Below, piece by piece: positions 1 to 11,628 of a stretch of DNA of 37,835 nt. This DNA is from Welwitschia mirabilis (Eukaryota): assembly GCA_051453625.1 (NCBI GenBank), contig JBOZIK010000001.1, positions 13,674,620-13,712,454 on the forward strand, in the 5' to 3' direction. Every line of letters begins with the position of its first letter. Within the stretch, counting starts at the first letter, position 1. The notes under the pieces are model-generated. The model saw only the letters and a program-made list of their open reading frames with translations. It had not been told where the DNA came from and did not search any database. Made by a program: the position numbers and the translations under genes.

Positions 1-1
1 T

Positions 2-223
2 AAAAATTTGATACATAGGAACTTTGAACCTAGTAAACTAGTCTTGTTATACAATACTAGGGTACATCTTTTACATAACAATTTCACTTCAAAATAGTTA
101 GATCCTTATCTTATCAAGAAATTTCATTCTAATGTCTTAGTTGAAATTTTTGACTTAACCACTAAAAAAAATTAGAAAGTTAATGAACAAAGGTTGAAAA
201 TATATGGCAACCTTCTAATATAA
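2..223 (+). pseudogene. Element A: C-terminus of Ty3/gypsy (Athila-like) integrase, pseudogenised
   Basis: Frame from 2 reads KNLIHRNFEPSKLVLLYNTRVHL..SK*LDPYLIKK..VEIFDL..*KVNEQRLKIY, the GPY/F region and KVNGQRLK-type motif of Athila integrases. Collinear with 10128-10349. Confidence 0.9.
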
Positions 224-1926
224 ACACAACATAAGCACTAGCCTTAGATGTTCTCCTCAATGAGGAGGACTTATTCCCTACCATTTTCTAAATTTTGTCT
301 TAATGTTTTATTTTATAATCCATTATGATATCAATTGATCATCTTTTAATCATGAGTTATGTATTTATTACCATGACTAGTCTTTGACTCAGTCATTTTA
401 CAATGGTAAGATTGAATTCACCCAATCTTAAGACATTCACATGTTTATGAACTTTAGTTTAAAGGAATATGCTTTATTTTTTTATGTTTATTTAATGATA
501 AAAAGGTCTTAGATTATTTAAGGATGTTCTTTTCTATCTTTTATCTTATGATTTCACCTTTATCTTATTGAGTGTTTGATTATGTGGAATGTTTTCATCT
601 GTTTTTATTGTGAAAAATTATTTTAAAAATAAAAAGAGGAGAGAGAAGAAGTGAAATAAGGCCATGATATTTTCTATTTGATATAGCTTAAAAACATGGT
701 TACCATGATGTCCTATGATAAGTACTTGAATAAATTTTCCCAAGAGGGGCCTTTAGCAGTATAATATGATAGCTATAGGAACTCCACTAGGGGGTTAGTT
801 AATCATGCTTTATGAGTCCTTACTTCTATGACTGTGGTTGTACTCCCCTTATCATGGATAGTTAGATAATAAAATAATAATAACATGGAGGCTATGGGAT
901 TAGTGGTATTTCTGGCATCATCAGAGGTATTACTTATTTCTTAGGCTCTTTGTCTTTCCATATGATCATTTCATTTTTTAGGATGCATGAGTTTGTTTTG
1001 AGATGTAGATAGATGAGTTCATTTTAAAGTAATTCTTTGATCTTATCATTTATTGTTTAAAGCTTTTAATTTTTAGCATCATCATAATAACTACCTTATT
1101 GAATGGAATTTTTATACATGAAGTCATGCATTTTTAAATCAACTGAAGTTATGATTTCTTTTGTGGAAATCTGTTAAATTAAAATTTATGGTAGGTAGAC
1201 TATCTTATTTATGTTACCTTGTGTTTGTTCTTTTTGTTTTCTTTCATGGTTCAATTAGATATTTCAAAGTTATTTCTATATTTTCTTGTCATTTTAGAAA
1301 CTTAACAATTAATGATTTCTATGCTTAGTTTTTATTTCTTACTTAGATGAGTTTCTGTAATGATTTTATGATCTTTGTTTTTATTTTTTTAAGTTTTACA
1401 CTGCACTTAATCATTTTTGTGATAATACATTTGTTGGGCATTCATGAATCTACTTCATCCTAATTAGCACATTTTCACTGACTACTTTTTGCATGCTTGT
1501 TAGAATATTTCATACATCTATATTTGTCAAATCTGACATTTTTCTACTCAGCTTTACACTTGATTCAAAAGTTGTCTAGATTAAAAAACATCCATCATCC
1601 ATCTCCTCACTCCTGTCTGCTTTCTTTTCTTTATCATCCAATATGAGATGTATTGTTTTCTTGAGGGGAAGTAAGGACATGACTCATTCTCATGGATCAT
1701 TTTTCATAATTTTTTGAGTTATTTTAGAGCTTTTATAAGACATAATTTTGAAATTTTCACTTCATACACATAATGTATTACATGTTATTTTGCTATGTGA
1801 TGTGTTTTAGATTATATATGACCTTGTTTTATAATTTCAAATTGATTTTTTAAGAAAATTTGACTCATAATTATATTTTTTTATCTAGTTTTTATTAGGC
1901 ACTGACAAAGGCTAAGATGGAGACTA
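224..1926 (+). mobile_element. Element A long non-coding 3' region ending in the PPT (about 1914-1926)
   Basis: 224-673 is collinear with 10350-10843, and 660-1926 with the minus-strand copy 30651-32010. It ends ACAAAGGCTAAGATGGAGACTA|TGATGT, versus ACAAAGGCTAAGTGGGAGGCTA|TGTTGT in element H. Confidence 0.8.
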
Positions 1927-3136
1927 TGATGTGCTATCAAATTATGTGTATTTGATGGGGTATTATGAGTTATTTTGTAGGAAATTTACATAAGTTAAAT
2001 GCAATTCTGAGGATTCTAGAGAATTGATGAAAGATCTTAAAAATGTACAATTTTTGGCATGAATAAAGACATTTGAGGAACATTCTGATGCATATGGATT
2101 TAGAGGAAGATCAATAATGAAAAAGGCTAGCTTCTCTTGAGTTAGAAGAATAAATAAAACTATCATCTCCTCTATTATTCCCATGACAGGTAGGATGAAA
2201 ACACATTGGATACTAATGTAAACTAAAGCTGGCACTGCTGAGTTATCTTATGGAAAGGGCTATTATTCCCATGCTCATCCCTATGATATGCAGGATGATA
2301 ATTGTAAAGTTTAANNNNNNNNNNNNNNNNNNNNNNNNNNNNNNNNNNNNNNNNNNNNNNNNNNNNNNNNNNNNNNNNNNNNNNNNNNNNNNNNNNNNNN
2401 NNNNNNNNNNNNNNTATTCCCATGTTCATCCCTATGATATGCAAGATGATAATTGTAAAGTTTGATTCATTATGTCCCTTTATTATTTCTAGGAAAGTTG
2501 GAATGACATTGTAACCGCCAGTTGACCTTTGTCTGTTTTATCTATTTTTTTCTATAATTAAGTGCATTTTATAGCATCTTTTATTTCTCAATTTTATTTC
2601 TCAATCCTATAAATAAGGCCCCTCTTTAACTCTCCTCCCAATCTTCATTTGTATCAGATAGTCTCGTGATAAGAGATCAAAGAACTGAAGATCTATCTCA
2701 TGAGTTACAGAAAGGCCTTTTCCTGATGGAGGGCTGTGCATCCTCTATTGAGGTTCGACTATTTTGTAACCCAGATGTTGATTCCATTTTAATACAAAAC
2801 TTTATTTTAATTGTGCATCTTAACTTTTTTATATTTCCCATATGATTTATGTTACCCCTAATCTAGTGATAGTTTCATTGGTAATATGGGCCTTAAGGGC
2901 AGCCTTTGTTAAGGCCAAAAGAAAGTAGTTTTATATTTATTTTACATTTCATTTAGATATAGTTGTATTCTCATTTGCATTACATCTTTATTTCTTGCAT
3001 TATTCTTCAATTTCGGTTATCATATTCTTTTGGCAAATCAATCCTTATTCTTCTCTTGTAATTTCTCAATGAGATATAACATTTGGGTCACTCCCATTTA
3101 TAATAAAGTGTGTATGCAAAAATACACATCACAGCA
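1927..3136 (+). repeat. LTR shared by elements A (3' LTR) and B (5' LTR)
   Basis: Termini TGATGT...ACAGCA, TATAAATA at 2608. Homologous to 10844-11534 and to the minus-strand LTR 29570-30650, which defines the same termini. Preceded by a PPT, followed by a PBS. Contains gap 2315-2414. Confidence 0.85.
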
Positions 3137-3139
3137 TCT

Positions 3140-3157
3140 TGGCATCATTGCTAGGAA
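3140..3157 (+). promoter_or_regulatory. Primer binding site, tRNA-Asp type, decayed
   Basis: TGGCATCATTGCTAGGAA versus the Athila-type TGGCGCCGTTGCCGGGGA. All 6 differences are C>T or G>A. It starts 3 nt after the LTR end. Confidence 0.85.
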
Positions 3158-3707
3158 AGGTTGTTGAGGATCATGAGGATTGTCATTGTTTGGATGAATA
3201 AGTCAGATTTATATTTTATTCCTTATCTTTAGTGACATTGCATTTCTTAGTTAGGATCTGTAGGTTTTTAGTTTTCTTTTTTTCTTTTTTTAGAGTCTTA
3301 TAATAACAATTGTTATTCTCTGTGTCATCCCCATGACATTAGGAATAACAACAAGTTTTCATTTCTATCTATGAGTTTTCTATGAATATTTCTAATAGTC
3401 TTGGTTTTATAAATAAAATAACTATCATCCTCTTTATCATATTCATAATATTATGAACAATAGTTTATAAATTCAATATTTTTTTTTAGATTACAGCTTG
3501 TAATTAGTTAGTAATAATAGGTTATTTGTTGTCCATTTATTATCCACATAACTAAAAGGATGATAGTCTCTGTGGGTAGTTTTGATTTTCTATTTTCTGC
3601 TCTTTGTTTTTCTTATCTCCTTTGTTGTCCCTACAATAGTTAGAATGATTGTTAGTTATCTTTTATTTTTTTTTTTTTATTGTTTTTCATTTGCAGGATG
3701 CTGTGAC

Positions 3708-5900
3708 ATGATCAGTCTAGGAAAGAAGTATTAAAGAAAAATATTGTTAATAGAAGAGAATATCAGAGAAGGATTGGTTGACTTTGAAATTAAATTAGAA
3801 AAACAATCCCTAGGTGATATAATATTTCTTCTAAATTTATTTTTTATGAATATGATCTCATTTAATAAAATTTTGAAGAAGATAGTAATTTTACAATATC
3901 AAGTACTACATAAAAGTAAAAACAAGTTGTATGATCTTCAATATCTGGTCCTAGTGTGAACCTCACTCTTAGAGAATTACTGGCAAATAGGAAATGTGAA
4001 ATTCAAACTCCTTTTGATTTACCATCAAGAGATGATGTTGAATTAAAAAACCTAAATGCTTATCTAATTCTTACTGATGAGCATGATGAGGATTTCCTAT
4101 AATACATCACAGACATAGAATAATTAGTTCTTACCTTAGGAAATGGAAAGAAAAGGATAGTGATCGAACATACATGATTATGTTTCCATGACATTCAAGG
4201 AAAGAGCAAAAAATTACTAAAAAATATAATCACAAAAGTTTAAAATCTTGGAATTAAGTTTAAGAGGACTTTATTAAAATGTTCATGAGTGAAGCAATCA
4301 TTATAAAAGGGGAAAAGGAAGTAACAAATTTTCAACAACAACCGAATGAGGACTACACTTATACATACGAACATTTCTTCATCACCACTTACTCAAATTT
4401 AGCAGACACTTTTACACAAGAAGAATTATTTAACTACTTTTATAATGGGATAAACCACAACATAAAATAACTTGTAGACTTCTTTTGTGATGGAAACCTT
4501 ATGAAATTCACATTAGATAATTCTTTGAAAATATTATAAGAACTTATGAAGGTCAGCCAAACTTGGTTAACATCGAAATAAAATCATACTATAGGACAAC
4601 TTATTAAAGATTTAAAAGAATTTAAGTAAAAAAAAGAAGTAGAAGACAACCCCATAAATCTAACTAAATATTTCACAAAAACTCTACAGAAGTACACTAA
4701 AATGATTTTAGATGCAAAATCAACAATCGAAAAGAATTTTATGCTAACATGTGACTTATGTGAGGATAATTATCACATTACCAAAAATTATCCACTTTTA
4801 CTAACTTATACAGAGAAAATACATGAAGAAGTTTATGCTTTTAATCAAAAATTTCCAAACCTTAGAAATTAAAATCACGCATAACCTAGGTTGAATACAA
4901 AAACTTTAATAATAAGTTTAAAAACTTTTAAAACAATTTTGAACCTATTAGAAATCAATTCAAGAACTTAAACTTCTAGCTAAGTTAATCAAACTTTTAA
5001 CCTCCAAATGATCTAGTAGATAAACTCTGGAAATTATCAGAAAGAATAAACTCCACCTTAGAAAAACAAAATGCCAGCATTGGAAACTTAGCAAATGCCC
5101 TTCAACAAACAATATTGGCAAACCAAAGACCATGAGGTTCATTAACAATATAAGATTTCCCAAACCTCAATGAAATGAGAAGAGATTATAAGGTTGTAAC
5201 ACAAAGTTTTCAAGAAATAAACCCTTCTTCTTGTGAAGCATTAAACTCTAAAAATGATGCTAGAAATGATAAGGAAGAAGAGGACATTAAAATATTACAA
5301 ATTTCCTCTTCTTTGTAAAAAGTAAAAAGAAAATTATTCATAATAATCAGAAAATTAACTAGCTATCCCTTAGCTTGATAGGCTTAACTCTAATTCAAAT
5401 TTCAACAAACATCTCAAAGAAATAATGAAAAATGTGAGCATAAACTTACTCTTTTAAAAAATTTTGCAAGAAAATCCAAAGTACTAAAAGCTATAGAAAG
5501 ACTTAATAAGAATAAAATAAAAATGAGTTATTCCTAGAAAGTCTTTTTAGCATAATCCCTCANNNNNNNNNNNNNNNNNNNNNNNNNNNNNNNNNNNNNN
5601 NNNNNNNNNNNNNNNNNNNNNNNNNNNNNNNNNNNNNNNNNNNNNNNNNNNNNNNNNNNNNNTCATTTTAAAAACTAAAAAAAAAAATTCTTCATAATAA
5701 TCAGAAAATTAACTAGCTATCCCTTGGCTTGATAGGCTTAACTCTAATTCAACTTTCAAAAAACATCTCAAAGCAATAATGAAAAATGTGAGCATAAACT
5801 TACTCTTCTAAAAACTTTTGCAAGAAAATCCAAAGTACTAAAAGCTATAGAAAGACTTAATATGAAGAAAATAAAAATTAGTTATTCCTAGCAAAGTCTT
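3708..5900 (+). pseudogene. Element B gag remnant
   Basis: Fragments ENIREGLVDF, PFDLPSRDDVELKNLNAY, TNFQQQPNEDY..FYNGIN..LVDFFCDGNLMK, and a decayed Zn knuckle CDLCEDNYHITKNYP (4751-4795). Collinear with gag of E, J and K. Confidence 0.8.
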
Positions 5901-5919
5901 TTTAGCACAANNNNNNNNN

Positions 5920-6598
5920 NCTAGGGTTAGAAATAGTGAATGTTACATTAGAGGGAAAAAATATTAGGAAATATTTAACTAACATTGAAGTGATTGTTAA
6001 CATCATGTCATTTCACATTTGTAATAGATTTTGTTTGGAAAATAGAATAGAGCCCACTCAAATTCTATTAGAGTTAGTGGACACTTTGGTTAAGAAACCT
6101 TAGGTTTTATCAAAGATTTAGTAATCCAAATTAAAGAGGAATTATACTTAATAGATGTGGTTATCATAGAGGTTAAACATAATGGAGGTTATCCATTACT
6201 TCTAGNNNNNNNNNNNNNNNNNNNNNNNNNNNNNNNNNNNNNNNNNNNNNNNNNNNNNNNNNNNNNNNNNNNNNNNNNNNNNNNNNNNNNNNNNNNNNNN
6301 NNNNNTTCACATTTATAATAGATTTTATTTGGAAAATAGAATAGAGCCCACTCAAATTCTCTTATAGTTAGTGGACACTTTGGTTAAGAACCTTAGGTTT
6401 TATCAAAGATTTAGTAATCCAAATTAAAGAGGAACTCTACTTAATAGATGTGGTTATCATAGAGGTTAAACATAATTGAGGTTATCCATTACTTCTAGAA
6501 CGAGCCTTCTACGCTATAGCCCACTGCATTATTAATACAAGGACTAGGATCATGGAATGTTACCTACAAAATAATAAGTTTTTAATTAAAGTTTTTGA
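5920..6598 (+). pseudogene. Element B aspartic protease remnant
   Basis: YLTNIEVIVNIMSFHI aligns with ALIDIVASVNIMPLHI of element J. Downstream PLLLERAFYAIAHCIIN resembles the Athila PLILGRPFLAT motif. Confidence 0.75.
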
Positions 6599-7084
6599 NN
6601 NNNNNNNNNNNNNNNNNNNNNNNNNNNNNNNNNNNNNNNNNNNNNNNNNNNNNNNNNNNNNNNNNNNNNNNNNNNNCCTTAAAGAAAGATGATTGATATT
6701 ACATGAATCCATGCTTTACGATGATCCACTTAAGGTTAAGAACTTAAAAGCCTTTAACACATCTAACTTTGGATATGATATTTTAGATTAGAATGAAGAA
6801 GTAGAATTCCTAGATTATAAGGAAGTCCAACTATTAAATGAAATCTCATACTTTGAGGGAGATCATCCATTACATAAGCCAAAAATTGAAAATTTTAGTT
6901 TAAATTTGAAAAATATTTCTAGTGAATTGAAATATAATTTTTCTCTGAAATGATTAAAACAAACCTCTTATAATCAATGAAAATTTTTACCTGAATAAGA
7001 GTCAAGATTAATCTTTCTTTTAACTTTTAAAATTTATGCTTTTGCATGGTCTCATCAAGATTTATCTATCATTCCTTCTTCTAT

Positions 7085-9010
7085 CATTTAGCATAAAATT
7101 TATCTTGAGGAAAATGCAAAACTTGTTAGACAACCACAAAGAAGATTAAATTCAATACTTAAATAAATAGTTAAAGATGAAATCATTAAGTTAATGGATG
7201 CTAAAATCATTTACACTATATCAGATATTATCGAAAAAGGGTGGGAAATGGAGAGTCTGCGTAGATTTTAGAAAACTAAATGAAGTCACAAGAAAAGATC
7301 ATTATTGTCTCCCCTTCATTGACTAAATACTTGTTAAAATTTAGGAACATTAGTTCTATTACTTTTTAGATGGATATAATGGTTATAACNNNNNNNNNNN
7401 NNNNNNNNNNNNNNNNNNNNNNNNNNNNNNNNNNNNNNNNNNNNNNNNNNNNNNNNNNNNNNNNNNNNNNNNNNNNNNNNNNNNNNNNNTCTGCATAGAT
7501 TTTAGAAAACTAAATGAAGTCACAAGAAAAGATCATTGTTGTCTCCCCTTCATTAGCTAAATACTTGTTAAAATTTAGGAACATTAGTTCTATTAATTTT
7601 TAGATGGATATAATGGTTATAACAAAGTTTGCATAGCTATTAAAGATCAAACCAAAACCACTTTTACTTCACCATTCAGGATGTTTGCTTTTAGACGAAT
7701 GCCTTTTGATTTATGTAATACTCCTAGTACTTTTCAACATACTATGATGGGTATCTTTTTAAAAATGTTAGAGGATTTAATATAAATATTTATGGATGAA
7801 TTTTCTATCTCTAAAGAAACCTGTGATCAAACCTTAGAAATATTAGAAAAAGTCCTTAATAGATGCATAGAATGTAACCTTCACTTAAGTTGGGAAAAGA
7901 GTTTATTCTTAATTAAAAATGGAATTATTCTAGGCCATCACATTTCTAAAAGAGGAATTCAGATGAAACCTAAAAAAGTTAATATTATTTAACACTTAAC
8001 TTCTCCAAACAATGTTAAGAAACTTTAATCTTTTCTTGGACATTGTGATTTTTATCACCATTTCATATAGGATTATGCTAAAATATATAAACCCCTATAC
8101 TTATTACTAGAAAAAGAAGCCAAATTTGATTGGAATACATATTGCACATTTTCTTTTGATAAACTTAAATATAAACTCTCTTATGCCTCTATTGTAATAT
8201 GATCTGATTAAGAGAAATATTTTGAGTTAATGTGTGATACTAGTAATTTTGCTATAGGTGGGATGCTTGGAAAAAAATATGAAAATGAGTTTAAAGTCAT
8301 ATATTATCATAGTAAAACATTTTCCAAAGCTTAAGCAAATTATTTAACTACTAAGAGATAAATATTATCTATTATCTTTTGCCTCAATAATCTTAAACAT
8401 TATCTTTTATGCTTTTACACAAATATATTCATAGATCATGCAACGATTAAATATTTAATGACTAAGAAATATTATAGCACTAGGTTAATTAAATGGATCC
8501 TATTAATGCAAGAATTTAACCTCACCATCATAGATAAGGTAGTGAAACATAACAATGTGGCAGATCACTTATCATGCCTTACTTCTCCTTCTAATAATCT
8601 TCTTATCAGTGATTTTTTTCCAAATGAATAATTATTTGTTGTATATTCTACTCATTTCCCTTCAATGTGTGCCAATATNNNNNNNNNNNNNNNNNNNNNN
8701 NNNNNNNNNNNNNNNNNNNNNNNNNNNNNNNNNNNNNNNNNNNNNNNNNNNNNNNNNNNNNNNNNNNNNNNNNNNNNNTAAGAGATAAATATTAGCTATT
8801 ATCTTTTGCCTCAATAATCTTAAACATTATCTTTTATGCTTTTACACAAATATATTCATAGATCATATAGCGATTAAATACTTAATGACTAAGAAATATT
8901 ATAGAAATAGGTTAATTAAATGGATCCTATTAATGCAAGAATTTAACCTCACCATCATAGATAAGGTAGTGAAACATAACAACGTGGCAGATCACTTATC
9001 ACGCCTTACT
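7085..9010 (+). pseudogene. Element B reverse transcriptase and RNase H remnant
   Basis: VRQPQRRLN, KKGGKWRVCVDFRKLN..RKDH..PFID, FLDGYNGYN, KTTFTSPF..FAFRRMPF, IFMDEFS (YxDD equivalent), GIILGHHIS, FELMCDTSNFAIG, RLIKWILLMQEF, NNVADHLSRL. Confidence 0.92.
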
Positions 9011-9199
9011 TCTTCTTCTAATAATCTTCCTACAGTGATTTCTTTCCAAATGAATAATTATTTGTTGTATATTCTACTCATTTCCTCCATGAAATGCAGA
9101 TATCATTAATTATCTTGTCACTTTGAAAACACCACAAAACTGAATTGACAATTAAAGAAAATATTTTCTCCATAGGATAGGTGACTATGAGTAGATAGT

Positions 9200-10349
9200 G
9201 CCTCATCTTTATCATAGATGTAAGGATTAAATCATGAGAAGATATGTATTTGAGTTGAAAAAAAAACCTAATATCCTTCACCTTTATCATAGTGGAATTT
9301 GTGATGAACATTTTAGCAGTCAAAAAATAGTAATGAAAATTCTCCACTCTAGATTCTATTAGCCTAGTATTTCTCAGGACTCTTTTGAGTATGCTCAAAG
9401 GTGCTATGCATGTTAATGTTTTGGTGGTATTTTATGATTACAAGAAATGCCCCTTAAAACTATTCTTAAGTGTGAACCTTTTAATTATTGGGGAATTGAT
9501 TTCATAAGCCTAAGTAAACCACCTTATAAGAACAAAAATTACATTTTAGTGATTGTGAATTATGTGAATAAATGGGTTGAAGCAATTCCTACTTCCTTAA
9601 AAAAATGCCCAAACTATTTGTCATTTTATTAGAACTCAAATTTTCTAATACTTTGATTTTCATCAAATAATAATTAGTGATCAGAAAACTCACTTCATTA
9701 ACCATATTTTTAGGAAATTTCTTTTATCCATTAGTATATAACATCGTATAGCTTACGCTTATCATCTTCAAATCAATAGACAAGCTAAAAATGCTAATAG
9801 GGAAATAAAAAAATGCTTCAAAAAATTGTCTCTACCAATAATAAGTCATATACTTTTAAACTAAATGATATTTTTTAGACTTACTATACCACTTGGAATA
9901 ATTCACTTGGTCTTTTACCTTATGAACTTATATATACTAAAGTTTGTGTTTTACCTATTGATGTTTGTTATAATTCTTATCGTTTTGCATATTAACTTAA
10001 TCTTGTAAACTTAGAAGAAAAATTTAAAACTTACTTAGCTTAATTGGATCATTTAAATGAAAAACAAACTCGAGCTTTTCATTATCAACTTATCCACAAA
10101 ACCCAACTTAAGATCAATCATGATAAAAAGTTGATTCATAAAAACTTTAAACCTCATCAACTTATCTTGTTATACAATACTAGAGTACATCTTATACATA
10201 ATAAGTTGATCTCAAGATGGTTAGGTCCTTACCTTATTAAGAAAGTACATTCTAATGGCTCTATTAATATTTTTGACTTAACCACTAAAGAAATATTAGA
10301 AACTTCATGGGCAAAGGTTGAAACTATACAAGCAACCTTCTTAATATAA
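9200..10349 (+). pseudogene. Element B integrase remnant
   Basis: Decayed HHCC region (HSGICDEHF...FY*P...CYAC), PFNYWGIDF, YILVIVNYVNKWVEAIP, IISDQKTHF, and LISRWLGPY (ORF 10044-10349). Confidence 0.92.
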
Positions 10350-10843
10350 ACATGATAGAAGTGATAGCCTTAGAGGCCGCCCTCAATGAGGAGGACTTAT
10401 TCCTTATCATTGTCTAAATTTTCTCTTACTTTTTCCTTTGGAGGCTATNNNNNNNNNNNNNNNNNNNNNNNNNNNNNNNNGTATTTATTTTCATAACCAG
10501 TCTTTGAGTTGGACATTTCCCAGTAGTAAGATTGAATTCATCTAATTTTAAGACATTCACATGTCTATGGACATCATTTTGAAGGAAGATGTTTTATGTT
10601 TGATGTTTTTATTAATCATGAAAAGGTTTTAAATTGTTTAAGGGTTTTATTTTCTATCTTTTATCTTATAACTTCGCCTTTGTATTATGGAATATTTGGT
10701 TATGTGGAATATTTTTATTTATTTTTATTATGTAAAAATTAAAAAGTGGGCCGGGAAAGCTAGCAGCCAGGCAGGAAAGCTGGCAGTTGGAGGGGGGTGG
10801 AAGGGGGAATAGAGAGAATAAGTAAAATAAGACCATGATATTT

Positions 10844-11534
10844 AAAGGGCTATCATCCTCATGATCATCTTCATGACATGCAAGGCGACAATTGTAACAT
10901 TGGATCCATCATCTTCCTTGGTTGTTTCCATGATAATTGGGATGATACTGTAACTTCCAGCTGACCTTTATCTGTTTCATCTATTTTTCTATAATTGAGT
11001 GTGTTTTGTAGCATCTTTTATGTGTTGGTTTTATTTCTTAATCTTGTAAATAAAACCCTCATTCATCTCTCCTCTCCATCTTTATTCGCACCAGATGATC
11101 TTGTGATAGGAGATCAAATGGTTGGAGATCTATCTTGCGAGTTACAAAAAGATGTTCCCTTGGTGAAGAGCTATGCATCCTTTATTGAGACTTGACTATT
11201 TTGTAACTTATAAATTGATTTTGTTTTAATACAAAACTCTATTTTTATTATGCATCTTAACTTTGTTATATTTCTCTTATGGTTTATAGTGTCCTTGATC
11301 CAGTGATAGTTTCATTGATGATATAAGTCTTAAGGGTAGCCTTTGTTAATGCTAAAAGAAAGTAATTTTATATTTATTTTACATTGCATTTAGATTCAGT
11401 TGCATTTTCATTTGCATTGCATATTTACTTCCTGCATTATTCTTTTATTTTATTTATCATATTCTTTTGGAAAATCAGTCCTTATTCTTCTATCATAAGT
11501 TTTCAATAAGATATAGCATTTGGATCAATCCCAT
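10844..11534 (+). repeat. Element B 3' LTR, 5'-truncated; right end lies in a gap
   Basis: Collinear with 2254-3097 of the shared LTR, roughly 80% identical by eye, mostly transitions. Confidence 0.85.
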
Positions 11535-11628
11535 NNNNNNNNNNNNNNNNNNNNNNNNNNNNNNNNNNNNNNNNNNNNNNNNNNNNNNNNNNNNNNNNNN
11601 NNNNNNNNNNNNNNNNNNNNNNNNNNNN

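Larger units (their letters stand above)
1927..11534 (+). mobile_element. Element B: near full-length, inactive Athila-like Ty3/gypsy LTR retrotransposon
   Basis: Order LTR-PBS(Asp)-gag-PR-RT-RH-INT-3'UTR-partial LTR. No extra RNase H and no chromodomain seen. Many stops and frameshifts. Confidence 0.9.

Noticed and set aside
224..1926. env-like or antisense ORF in the long 3' region of elements A and H
   Set aside because: No sustained reading frame or motif could be seen on either strand. Only short palindromes (253-267, 695-707) are conserved.
3310..3651. CRISPR array interpretation of the hairpin repeats
   Set aside because: Units are highly diverged, spacers are 40-70 bp AT-rich tracts, no cas genes are present, and the context is a eukaryotic retrotransposon leader.
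5315..9085. Apparent internal tandem duplications in gag, PR, RT and RH of element B
   Set aside because: Each pair flanks a 100-N gap, which points to an assembly bubble rather than true tandem repeats.
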